Shown here piece by piece: positions 1 through 13,064 of a stretch of 64,000 bases of DNA. The notes below the pieces were generated by a model. The model was given only the letters and a program-made list of their open reading frames with translations, searched no databases and was not told where the DNA came from. The DNA is taken from contig OZ024742.1 in NCBI GenBank assembly GCA_964016885.1, positions 207,948,001 to 208,012,000 on the forward strand, written 5' to 3'. This stretch comes from Eledone cirrhosa (Eukaryota). Every line of letters starts with the position of its first letter. Within the stretch, counting starts at the first letter, position 1. The position numbers were made by a program, and so were the translations under genes.

Positions 1-915
1 AACAGACCAAATCAGCATACTATCCAAAGGTCTAAAATGTACACGAACTCCCCAACAACCAAACTACCCCTAAATGAAGTAAGATATTGCAGAATTCTGT
101 AGAAAGCTAAGACTCAGCGAGCAACTATACGACAAATACAATGAGGATGACTCAATAGCCAGAAATAGAAGTAACTACACCCCACCAAAAGGCAAGAACA
201 AATTCCTCGATCAATTCTGCGAACACATTACTAATTACCCATACCACCACCTACACAGACATAAACAAAATCCAAACCTAAGCAAAAAAGAATGGAACGG
301 TCTTAACAGTCTAAAAAACGAAAAAATCCTAACAATCAAAGAGGCAGATAAATGGAGTACATCACCAATTTCAAAAGCAGAACCAGCCTCTTCTACGATT
401 TCCCAAAGACACACAGAAGTGAAGTAATAGGTAGGGCCTGCAAGCAAGCCACAGACATTTACATCAATATAGCCCCCCCCCCCCTGATGACCTTAAATTA
501 AGACCCATAATAGCAGGTACCACATGTGAAACCCACCGCCTAAGCTACTTTCTAGATATTCTGCTTAAACCTTTCCTAAAATATATAAAAAGCTTCGCAA
601 GGGACGACCTTAACATCCTCAACCACCTCCCAACAACAGTTAATAATGAACATACCTTACTAGTAACCTTTGATGTCATCAATTTATATTCCAATATCCC
701 ACACAACCTAGGTATAGAGGCAATACAATTCTGGCTTGAAAATTTACCTAGTGAACTCCCACAGCGCATCTCTAAAGAATTTGTGTTGGAGGGACTCAAA
801 TTAATCTTGGAAAACAATTTCTTCGAATTCATTGCCAAATACTAAAGACAGAAATATGGGACTACCATGTGCACGAGAGTAGCCCCCCACATACGCCAAC
901 CTTGTCATAGGATAT

Positions 916-2103
916 TTGGAAACCTCTCTCTACCGCAAAGTTCTAGACAAATACGGCAACCACTTCTACCAACACATAGAAAAGAACTGGAAGAGATATC
1001 TGGACGACTGCTTTATCCTCTGGCATGAAAGTATAGATAGACTGATTGACTTTAAAACCCTTCTGAATGGACTCAACACAAACTTACAATTCACAATGGA
1101 TTACAGCCATGAACAACTCCTTTTTCTCGACATCCTCATCAAGAAAACAAACAACAAAATAGAAACAGACATATACTACAAACCCATAGACTCCAAACAA
1201 ATCCTTCCATTCAACTCGTGCCATCCTAGACACACCAAAATGGCAATTCCTTATAACCTAGCCAGAAGGATCTGCACAATAGTTTCAGATAAATACACAT
1301 GCTACACAGGACTAGAAGAATTAAAAAACACACCTATCAGCAGAAACTACCCACCATCCTTAATCAACAAGGGATTCCAACGTGCCCTAAAACTCGAGAT
1401 CCAGGAACTCAGACACCGCAAACCCAGGAATGAACCGCAACAGAAAACTCTACCATACATCTCCACACACAACCCCCTCAACAATGAGCCATTCGACACC
1501 ATCCTCCAGAACATTCCTTTACTAAAAAGAGACCCAATAATGAACAAAATCCTCCAAACACACAACATCATAAAGAGCAAAAAACAACCTAAATCCATAA
1601 AAAACATGCTCACACAAGCCAAAATCCAACAAACCATCACAATGAACCCTACAGTAACAAAATGCAGAAGGCCCAACTGTGGCATATGTATAAATCTAAT
1701 AGAAGGTTCAACATTCCATTTTAAACAAGGACAACATTTCACAGTTAAACACAACTTTACATGTGCATCTGAAAATCTAATCTATGTTTTGACCTGCTCA
1801 GGTTGTCAAGAGCACTACATAGGACATACAAAAAACAGCCACCGACAACGTATGACCGTCCATAAATCACAAATCAAAATAGAGGAATACAGAAAGATTG
1901 CATTTAGTGAACATATCGCCAATTGTGCACCCACCCAACATCCAAACTTTAAAATTTCCCCCATTTTCAAATTCATAGACAACGCTACTATCATCCATCG
2001 TACGAATAAGGAAACGTATTTCATTAACAAATTCCAACCCCTACTTAATGCACTAAACTTCGGACTAAACAAAAACTGGAACGAACAATCAAACATTTAC
2101 TAA
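916..2103 (+). pseudogene. PLE reverse transcriptase C-terminal half + GIY-YIG endonuclease
   Basis: WKRYLDDCF catalytic motif, LFLDILI/TDIYYKP thumb, CRRPNCGIC linker, LIYVLTCSGC..YIGHT GIY-YIG, INKFQPLLN end. Confidence 0.9.
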
Positions 2104-2500
2104 TACCTATGTATCTCTAAAGAGTCACCTCCCTTACACCCTACCCAATCCTTTTTCATAAATAAATTAAATATCATCCAGAATGAATTACCTCCCCCTG
2201 CATATTAACTCTCTATAAAGGGAAATCATATCAAACCCCAGTCCACCATTTCCCTTTCTCTTTCTATATTAACACCTTTTGATCTGCTTATCTTCAAGAA
2301 CTATGCCTGTAAATAACATTATTTTTTCTTTCACATTGACTTATTATGCTCCACATTACGCCCCCTTTTTTCTTTTTTCTTTTTTCTTTGTTCTTTTTTC
2401 TTTTTTCTTTGCACTTCATAAACCTTGTTTGTAAATAACATTATTCTTTCTGCACCATTTCTTTAACATGTTCAAAACCACCATTCTACACCAATACATA

Positions 2501-2548
2501 TTATCATTTGATAATGCATAAAAATGCTGAAACCGGTAATAGACAATT
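2501..2548 (+). ncRNA. Hammerhead ribozyme-like motif (type I, PLE-associated), TTGATAA core
   Basis: ttatcat-TTGATAA-t-gcat(aaaa)atgc-t-GAAA-ccgg-TA-atagacaa. Confidence 0.6.
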
Positions 2549-2727
2549 ATTAAATATATAAATAAATAAATGCCATTGTTAATTAATAAATAAATCAACT
2601 AATACCTTAACACTTCACACAAAGTAATATATTTCGTTTTAATCATTTTCTAACCCAGAAAAAAGAGAGAAATAAATAAAAAGGGAAAAACATATTTTTC
2701 TTCCCAACAATCGTCTTTTCTCCCTGT

Positions 2728-2785
<58 letters not shown>

Positions 2786-2944
2786 AAAAGAATGAAACGA
2801 AATTTCATTTCTCACTCTTAGTACGGCTGATGAGGATAGCATGGAGGAATAATATTTATGTTGATAATAAGCTGTTGAGTGCTTTATATCAGTTCTAAAA
2901 AATGTTAAGCTTATTGAATCCCAACAAATTAGATATAACCTCTG

Positions 2945-3024
<80 letters not shown>

Positions 3025-3029
<5 letters not shown>

Positions 3030-3085
3030 ACGAGTAGGACCCCGACGGCTGAGCTCAAGCCGTTTCGACGGCTAATTCTTGGTGC
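3025..3085. repeat. ~60 bp microsatellite-embedded element; inverted copy at 6791-6850, fold-back relative at 9241-9307
   Basis: ggaacgagtaggaccccgacggctgagctcaagccgtttcgacggcta is the reverse complement of 6803-6850. Confidence 0.8.
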
Positions 3086-3427
3086 GTTATGGTCCACCTC
3101 TACCATACTATTTCATTATAATATCATTATAATTTTAAAGGATTGTAAATAAAACGAGTAAATCAAACAAAGTTAGAATTCCTATTATTAATATTATCTT
3201 CTATACACAATCATACACACCCGTGTATATTTATTTATATATAAATATATATATAAATACATAAACGGAGAAAGCTATTAGCGATACTCCTACCAATTTC
3301 CATCACATTCAACAAATATTAGGAAATGCCGGAGTATATTCCCAATTAAACGTTTCGGGTGCTAACTACATTGTATTGTGTGGATAATCGGCTGTATTAT
3401 ATTATATGAGATATATTAAAATATCAT

Positions 3428-3553
3428 TCCCCATACGATCGTTTCATTATAAGATTTCTACATGGTGGTTGAAATTTTACCAAGTTATGAAGAAGCTTGA
3501 GTAAGATCAATCGATTCTCATGCAAGTGGGCTCTTATAAATCTTCAGTCGGTG
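3428..3553 (-). ncRNA. Hammerhead-like motif with long stem II insertion
   Basis: Minus strand: caccga-CTGAAGA-t-TTATAAGA..~80 nt..TCTTATAA-t-GAAA-cgatcg-TA-tgggg. Confidence 0.55.
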
Positions 3554-4265
3554 CCCAATAATATCAATATTAATAACATAAATCAACATTAATATTTAGC
3601 GATAATCTCCACAAGAGCTAGAAAGAGCTGCCTAGATTGTGTGTCCAGCAGTTCTAAAGAAAATCTCACACTGTCCCCAAATGGAAGGGGGAGGTCATCG
3701 CGAAAAATAAAATAATATACACGCAGGTCATTGAACTCTGTCAAGAATTCAAGCAACGAATGAAGAACATTTAAGTATCAGCCGTACTAAGAATGAGAAA
3801 TGAATTTTCGTTTCATTCTTTTCCATTTACCGTTTTCGATGCGCCCGGCCGACTAACTCACTCGATATGCAAATTAGGGCTCAGCCGTTAATATGCATAA
3901 GGAAAGTATATACTTTCAGAGGTTCAATCATCTGGCAGGAAGGTATACGATGCTCACGATAGCTAATAAGCTTGAAACTAGTACATAGTTCCTGTGTCAT
4001 TGTTGAACAAAAAGGCGACGATGGTTGCCTGAAAACTGTATGGCGTAATTCGGGCTGTTTGTTTACAAACAAACCGAGCATTATAATAAATGTTCGGTAA
4101 ACCCATACGTACATATATATATATATGTGTGCATATATGTATATATATATACATACTACTGTACGTCTGTATACATATATGTATGTACGTATACATACAT
4201 ACTTACATTTAAGTATCAGCCGTACTAAGAGTGAGAAATTAAATTTCGTTTCATTCTTTTCCATT

Positions 4266-4574
<309 letters not shown>

Positions 4575-4577
<3 letters not shown>

Positions 4578-4996
4578 CTATGTCACTTACTTCTTTTTTC
4601 AGCAAAGGAAGGGAGAGAAGCTGATAGATCTGTTTCACGCTGTTGGTGTTCATACAGTACATTACCAAATATACTATACATACATTCATGAATACATCGC
4701 TATTCCAGTGCACCAATCTTTATTTTTAAATTTTGCTGGACCGGCAATCTTTCTGAATAATCAGTTCCTAATTATTACTGAAATTCTATAAGAATCCAGC
4801 CTATACATTTTCTGCAGAGGTCGGCGAGTACGTTGTTCTGAGGAACACCAACAGATCGGTCAGCTTCTCTCCCTTCCTTTGCTGAAAAATGAAGTAAGTG
4901 ACATAGTCACTACTTTAAAATAATAGCGCAAGGTCTTCAAAATGTTTTTTAATTAAACATACAGTATATTACCAAATATACTATACATACATTCAT
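4575..4996. repeat. Inverted repeat (4575-4636 / 4850-4909) plus direct repeat (4651-4689 / 4958-4996)
   Basis: gactatgtcacttacttc..agaagctga..gatctgtt mirrored; catacagta(c/t)attaccaaatatactatacatacattcat duplicated. Confidence 0.85.
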
Positions 4997-6366
4997 ATAT
5001 ATATATACACAGAGAGAGAGCGAGAAAGAGAGAGGACGAGAGAGAGATAGAGGGTGACTGGAAGAGAAAGTGTTTATTTCTGTACTTCGTATTCTTCTAG
5101 ATATCACAGATCAACATGTGTGAGTCGTATACATATACCCCCACATGCGTGCAAACACCCCCACACACAATATTTAATATGTGTTTAGTTTTGACACAGA
5201 AAAGATTGAAGTATATATTCCATTACTGTGTGGCGAGTTTGAATCATGGAATATTTGAAAGTTTGAAGAAATTCTAAGGAGGATCTTCAGAGGAAACTTC
5301 ATACTTTCCAAGTGTTTCGACCTCAATTCCTCAAATTCTAAGGTGATAAAATGCCTCATGGAAATCATGGTTCCTCTATACACTTCTGATGTGTTTTCTT
5401 CCATCTGACTATTAGTGACTTGTAATGTCTCGTTTATGTATATCACTCCTTTTTCTCCTTGACCAGATCCACCAGGAAACTTTTCGGTTACTTCTGCTAT
5501 GATTATACAAATTGCATGGCTGGTTTTATTATTGCATTGGTTCGTTTGTGTGTGATTTTATTACAATATATCTCCGCACATTTGTCTTTGTGTTTGTGCA
5601 ACTCGAAATGTATGTGAATAACCATACGTTTATATTCATTGCTTTAAAGTAGAAAATGGAATTTGTGGTAATAATTGTGTTAGTGAAATATTAATGGCAG
5701 GATAAGAAAAGTGCTGGAGGTTACTGCATCCGCAGAAAGGTGCTTTAGTAAGTGAGATAAGAATCATGAATCACATTTACTAAACACCTACACCAAACAT
5801 GGCTGCATCAGTGTAAATCATCGACTAGCTAAAGAAGATTACATATTAAACACTTGATGGCTGTAGGGTCAGACTGAAACTTTACTGCATTATACAAAAT
5901 AAGATATTAGAATGGTTAATGGCTTCGCTGCTTAGATGATGATCAGTTAGATCCCAATATCTATATAGTCTAATATTACATACCTGTTTACGTTATAGTA
6001 GGAAATCATTATTTTATTGTATACTGTTTTTTTTATGTTTATACTTCAGAGCACAATCAATTCACCAATTCACGTGACGTTGTCAACCAGTTTATTTCTT
6101 CTTCTTTAAAATACAAAAACATATTTCCCTTCATTTAGATGTGGGGAAATATGTTTTTCTCCATGCTGTAACATTTTCCTCGGGGGAGAGAAAATAAAGT
6201 TATAACCAACAAAAACAATACTATGTATGAGAATATCAACAAAGTAACAAACAGAAGATATATCAATTGAAAACTTCTTTAAAATTCATAGGCACATAGA
6301 CGCACAGTGATGGACAAAGAGACAGACGGACATAAACGCATATATATATATGCGTTTATATATATA

Positions 6367-6700
6367 TATAAACGTTTGTATATGTATTTTAAAGCCAAAA
6401 CAATGCAGGTATGGACATAGAATTAAGAATGCAAATGCAAAAGATATTGTTGACAATTAGTCTTTTACTTTAGATTTATTTAAATGTCCTTAATTTTCGA
6501 GATAATATCTCTTCTTCGGAGGGAAGTAAAGCGGTTTTTACTTCCCTCCGAAGAAGAGATATTATCTCGAAAATTAAGGACATTTAAATAAATCTAAGAT
6601 AAAAGACTAATTGTCAACAATATCTTTTGCATTTGCATTATTTGTTCTATGTCCATACGTGCATTGTTTTGGCTTTATTATACATATACAAACGTTTATA
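6367..6700. repeat. Long fold-back palindrome, ~165 bp arms, 5-6 nt loop
   Basis: ..tcttcttcggagggaagtaaa|gcggtt|tttacttccctccgaagaaga.. with complementary arms out to tataaacgtttg / caaacgtttata. Confidence 0.92.
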
Positions 6701-6883
6701 CCTCATTGCACAATGCTTCAAGTGAACTATAACTTCCTCCTATATATATATATGTGTGTGTGTATATATATATGTATACATATATATATTTGAGTCCAGA
6801 ACTAGCCGTCGAAACGGCTTGAGCTCAGCCGTCGGGGTCCTACTCGTTCCTATATATATATATATATATTTATATATACACAC

Positions 6884-6944
<61 letters not shown>

Positions 6945-6993
6945 TATATATGCACGTATATATCTATACATATATATATACATATATATATAC

Positions 6994-7061
<68 letters not shown>

Positions 7062-7488
7062 GCATATATATCTAGAGAGATGGAGGGAAGTGTAGGCATT
7101 TACACAAATATGTATATATATATATATTTATATATATATATGTGTGTGTGTGCGTGTGGTGTGTGTGTGGGGGGGGAGTATGTGCGTACATGCGTGTATG
7201 TGTGTGTGTATGCGTGTGTGTGTGTATATATATATACATAGCACAGTGGCCCTGACAAATCCTGACATTTGTGTTTACAAAGAAACTAGGTTGACAGTAA
7301 ATTAAGTATTGTTGGTTTAATATCAGCTTGTTAGGGATGAAAACATTTCCTCATCTTGTCTTTTGACCTTTGTCAATTGAATTTGTAGAGAATATGGGAA
7401 AGTTTTGGTAAATTATCTTTTCTCATACAGAGCTATAATACTTAGCTCATTATTAGATTAGGATTGCTTATATACTCCACACACACAT

Positions 7489-7600
<112 letters not shown>

Positions 7601-7859
7601 GATTGAATAAATATAATGTAAGTTTCCAATATCAGTATATTACAATTCTTTCCAAATGTTTCTGTGCATAGGACCATGTGTATTTTCTTTATTACGGAAA
7701 ATTGTTTAGAAATTTTAGTGGAAATCTACATCAGACTTAAAATATTTGATTTACTTTCGTGCCTTGGATGGGTTCTTATGCGATTGACAGGAAGCTAAAT
7801 TCCCGTGGAATTTGTCTTCCAAGCGAATACCTATAATATATATACATATAACCACTGGG

Positions 7860-7995
7860 TATACGTCCCTTTATGTTCGGAGTTCAAATCAACTGACCCT
7901 AGCTTTGCCTTTAATCCTCGCGTAGTCGTTAAAATAATAAAAGTGCCAATAACGTTTTAATCGGCTTTCCGCTAAACTTCAAAATTGCTGGTCAT
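7860..7995 (+). mobile_element. Old, degenerate copy of the main tRNA-derived SINE
   Basis: gagttcaaatc..ctttgcctttaatcctcgcgtagtcgttaaaata resembles the family body. Confidence 0.5.
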
Positions 7996-8304
7996 GTGAC
8001 AAATACAGAAACTACACTGGTAGAATATAAGACTTTGAAATGTGCAGAATTCGTCCTTTGTTGGCTTAGAGGGATCTTTCTAGAGTGTGGGGAACTGATT
8101 CGATGAATGAAAAAATAAATATTCATAATTTTAGTATTTTGAAATAAAATAAAATGAAGGAAGGATCGACTTAAATCGAAGGTAGGACGAAGAAAGTACA
8201 ACATCAGTGAGGGATAGGAATATATTGTGGTAGCTGTCATGTGGTGGAAAATGCCGTTATATATATAGATATATATATATGTTGGCCATAAATACCGAAA
8301 GCTA

Positions 8305-9112
8305 TGTAATCGCCGTACTGTAAAATTAGGATACTTTTGCAATAACAATGTTAAATCCTACATCACCGGCAAATGCAAAAAAACCTTCCACCGTACGGAT
8401 GTTCATATAGAAGACCTGAAACCTGTCCACTAGCCCAACAGTGCAACACTCGGGTGGTGATATATCAAGCAGAGGTTACCTCCTCGGTATATCCGAGTGC
8501 CGGTTAAAAATCGCTACCTGATTCATGAAACAACCTTCAGAAAAGCCGACAAAATATATGCCATCCAGCTCGCAAATCACGTATAGAGCCTTAAGAACAA
8601 CGGCACACCTTTTCCCATCGAATAGAGGATATTAGAAAGAACTCCCGGCTATGTGAATGGGTAGACATTTTGTCGATTTTAATTCTAAAAAATGGTATAT
8701 CCTCACACAACTAGCTTCAGATAAACAATTCCTCAACACGTAGCTTGATTGCTTTGGCGGTTGTCTTCATGTGAATAAGTATATTTTGAGTAAATGGCTC
8801 AGACCTCATTAACAGGTCTAGAAGTGTAATTTGATTTACTGAGTATTTCCTATATCAGGGAAATTGGATTATTTGAGTCAGCTAGAAAAAGTTGTTTTTC
8901 TACTAATCTTACCTGCTAATTTGAAAAAAAACAAACTTTTTCTAAATAATTTCTAAATTGTCTGCATTTGTTTAAATTCTTATGATCTATTTCTAAAGGG
9001 AAAGCACAATCAACCCTAGGTGGTCATCTTTATTTTTCTTTTTCTTATGACAGGCTAAATGAAGTGGGTCCAGAGCCCAACGAAACTGAAGTATCTGTTT
9101 ATGCTACTGTTG

Positions 9113-9115
<3 letters not shown>
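8305..9115 (+). mobile_element. Decayed PLE 3' fragment (second GIY-YIG type, Naiad-like) with 3' hammerhead-like motif at 9050-9098
   Basis: Translated pieces NRRTVKLGYFCNNNVKSYI, TCPLAQQCNTRVVIYQAEV, QLANHV.SLKNNG..ILERTPGY..FCRF; acagg-ctaaatga-agtggg..cccaac-GAAA-ctgaag-TA-tctgt. Confidence 0.65.
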
Positions 9116-9169
<54 letters not shown>

Positions 9170-9370
9170 GTGTGTATGTATATCAGAATTATACTGGTTT
9201 AAACTGGTAAGACCGTGATTTAGCAGAGAACTCGATACTCAGGATAGGGCCCAATGGTTGAGCTCTTACCGTTTCGACAGCTAATTCAGCCGTTGGGCCC
9301 TGATCCTCTACTACGCACGCCCACTCACACGAACACACATACACAAAATACACACACACGGGCACACACA

Positions 9371-9407
<37 letters not shown>

Positions 9408-9579
9408 AAGTTGTTTTAGATATTCATGGCTGATGACTAGTGATTACAGGCGGTAAATACAGATTCTGTTAGTAGAAAATACATATCGCCTTTGACAACA
9501 AAGTATATAAAACTGATAGCTCCTTGAATATCTGGCTGATAACATGTACGAATATATATGTGTGTGTGTATAAAACAAA

Positions 9580-9666
<87 letters not shown>

Positions 9667-9671
9667 CATAA

Positions 9672-9786
9672 TCTCTGATGATATGGGATCGATTGTGCAT
9701 TGGATATCGAATGCTCTACTAAATATATAATATTATAGATGTAGCGAGATCTAGGCAAATTGGTGTCTATTGAAACGTACGTAAGA
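9672..9786 (+). ncRNA. Hammerhead-like motif, canonical CTGATGA core, ~90 nt extended stem II
   Basis: tct-CTGATGA-tatgggatcgatt...aattggtgtctatt-GAAA-cgtacg-TA-aga, followed by AATAAA and (TA)n. Confidence 0.55.
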
Positions 9787-9830
9787 ACCGAATAAATCTC
9801 TTTTACTGCATCTTTCTGTTCTTTTTAATT

Positions 9831-9865
<35 letters not shown>

Positions 9866-10395
9866 ATTTTACATTCATTTGAAAGCAGAATAAAGAAAAC
9901 GGAATATTTGTAAGCCTACTCACATTTACACAATCTGCTTTAGTTTAAACTGGAAATAGTTTTCCTACTATACAAATTACCCCAGTGAGATTAGTTAAAT
10001 CTCTAAACATTGCAACCATCGTCTTCAGTTTCTAATAACCTTAAATGATAACCCGTTTGAAGAAATATTTATTTAAATCCCTTGAGTTACTTTCATTTCC
10101 CTCAAGGGTATATAACTGATTTATAGTCACACACAAAACATACACATAGGCACTTGAAAAACAAATACGCAAACGCACTACACACACATCCCGATGCTAT
10201 ATAGCAAACAAATAACTAAATAATGTATGAGCCAAAATAGATGTATAATAAGTACACGAACTGTATCCTTTACGACATGGCCCTGCAATGTCATACATCT
10301 TCGTAATTACTTTTTTTCAAGAAAGAGCGGCATAATATATGTTTGTATCTAACGTTGTATGTTAATGGTTGGACGCACAAATACATACAAAAAAC

Positions 10396-10455
<60 letters not shown>

Positions 10456-10490
10456 GTAACACAGATACACACACATACACTATATAAACA

Positions 10491-10533
<43 letters not shown>

Positions 10534-11889
10534 ATATATATAGGGAAACGTCCACGAGCGCACAAACCTTGTATATATTTATACTTGTATAAATTCATGG
10601 ATGTACTAGTGTAGTGATTTTGTCCCACAATCTATCTATTTATCAATTCATCACAAGCTCCTCAATAAATCAATCTATCTATCCATGCATCTATCTACTA
10701 CTCAATATAATTATCTTTCTATCCCTTAATTTATCTGTCTTAAAAGGTCGTTCTATGTTGGATATTTTAAGAGGAGCACAATACAATATAAGGCAACGAA
10801 AATAAAAGGATTTTGGAATATATACAATTTTCGCATTAAGTACCACCCGAAAATGTAAAATTTAAGATGCTAAATTGTATGGATATATGTAAAATGTGGA
10901 TTTTGGAATTAAATTACAGTTTTCCAGAAAAGATAACCGACATAAATTCCATGCAATATTTCAATAATTCTGATAATTCGCTGCTGAGGAACGGCGTTAA
11001 CACGCTGTGATTCAGAATTCATCTATATTTTGAATCACGTTTGTTTACAAAATCAATAAAAAGTTAACATTTTATAAACCTCAGTATGACGCCAAAAGTC
11101 AGCGAGTATTGATAACGAGTAATAATTCTGAAATACACCCTTTTAAAACAGATACCAATGTAGCTTTCGTATGATCGCAGCTTAACATAGTCACAACGAG
11201 TCTAAATGTTATATTTATTATTTATTGAACATCAATATTTATATATAGAGAATTACATGTATATTATGTTTTATTGAATCGAAGACAATTTTTAATATAC
11301 TCTTTGCCAATATCTGTCATCCATCCCCACTTAAGTGACCTCTCAGATCCTAAAATCGCTCTGATATATTTATTCATTAATAGTTACTCCGTTAACTGCT
11401 AACCATATCCTTTTCTTTCTAACTATTTTCATTGATTATCCCTCATTCATTACTATTGTTTTTATTAGTATAGTTGACATTGCCTTAATGTTGTTGGTGT
11501 CTTAAATATTGTATGTCTCAATGGGGGAAGAAAGAAGCCTCTCTCAGGTGGCTGGTAGAACATGAGGAGAAACTCATTCCTTTGCTGGCGTAGAAATAAG
11601 GACTTCGTGATGTCGAGTATTCTATCTGGCGTTTTATCAATTTTCTGTATGTAGAGTTTAATAGAACTCAAAATGATGACAGTGGACTTCCTGATTTCGT
11701 GTTTCCTATCTTGAAAGAATTCCTCACAGAAAAAAGGAAATATATATTTTGTAGCAATCAATACAATACATTGGTCAAATATTGTAAATTACTGTAGAAT
11801 ATGTGCGTGTGTGCGTAGATGTTCTCCCTATTTCATTCACTGCTTCCCTCTCTCTCACCCTCCTCATCTCTCACTATCATATGCAAATG

Positions 11890-12360
11890 GGAGCCCACGC
11901 GCCGGCCGCTCAGCGGTCCCGGTGGACAGAATAGAGAAGGTGTTTCTCCGGAGGATGGTGAGGGAGACGCATTGGAAGAGCCACTCCAACTCGTGATGCT
12001 CACACCTGCGGATAGCCAACACCGTGCCGATCGCAACTCTGTCGGAGAGCTACCGATATTTGGAGAGTTTACCCTCGTGGGCCTGAATTACAGCAGTGTC
12101 TGGACAGATCACAGACTGCGCCAGATTACCGCTGGAGAAAATTTTACTGCATGTGGCATCGGAGATGAGAGGTTTACCGCCGTGAAACTTTTGCCATCCA
12201 ATCGGTCCAGCTTCACCGGCTGAAGTTGGGAGGGGGGTAGCTGTTGGGTTGTGGAAAACCCAGTTGATGAGGACTCGGAAAGAGGTTAGACTAAAGAGCT
12301 AGTTATGATGCTTGCAACAGAATGGTCGCCAGTAAAAGAGGTCATGGTGGGGCTGCTGAA
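11890..12360 (-). mobile_element. CRE-like non-LTR retrotransposon 3' fragment (REL endonuclease), decayed
   Basis: Reverse complement resembles 51230-51700 (ccggtgaagctggaccgattggatggcaaaag; cacgagttggagtggctcttccaatgcgtctccctc). Confidence 0.75.
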
Positions 12361-12807
12361 ACATATAAAAAATTAGAATTACAACTTAATAACACTTATA
12401 GGTACAAGCTATATAACAATGATTAGCATTGTTTTCGATGATGCAATAGCAAACAGATTTAGTAGACGACTCTAAGCTTCTGTAAGTTGAAACAAATTCC
12501 GAAATAAAGCGATTTCTATTTAAACTTCTTAACTGTGTAGTCATGTATGTATATTCGTCCATTTTAATGTACTTTACATTCTATCTTTTCAATTATCTTA
12601 TCTCATATACCTTCAGCGATTTATTCAGCGATGGTCATTGTTAACAGTGATATAAAGTAAATGGTATGGGGGACAGTTTCTCTGCCCACTCTGTCGACTA
12701 CGATTTGTTGTTTTCAATTTTTGTTATTTCATCTAAATATGAAATGTTATTTAATAATTTTGGCTCTCCGCCAAGTATTTTTATTGTTCATAGAATTAAT
12801 AGTGTGG

Positions 12808-12975
12808 CTGCCATACATACATGCTCAGATCTTTTCCCATTACTCTGGCTCGAACCTTGAGCTGTACGGTCGGTACAGTGATGGCTGTATTGGCACCACG
12901 TCTCTCATCCGAGCCCAGCTCGACTCCTTTTTATCCTATACCAGCTCTTTCCACCCCACCATCGAATTCACCACA

Positions 12976-13064
<89 letters not shown>

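Larger units (their letters stand above)
1..2732 (+). mobile_element. Penelope-like retroelement (AT-rich, Neptune-like), decayed, 5' end outside window; 3' terminal region ends at (TA)n
   Basis: Frameshifted RT motifs upstream (LRPIIAG, FDVINLYSNIPH), ORF 916-2103, hammerhead-like motif at 2501-2548, terminal segment repeated inverted at 59384-59597. Confidence 0.9.
2783..4267. repeat. Three copies of a ~55 bp module: 2783-2830 inverted relative to 3772-3829 and 4210-4267
   Basis: atcagccgtactaagagtgagaaat..ttcgtttcattcttttcca and its reverse complement. Confidence 0.8.

Noticed and set aside
1347-2096. Minus-strand hydrophobic ORFs (likewise 48328-49867 on plus)
   Set aside because: Antisense shadows of A-rich retroelement ORFs
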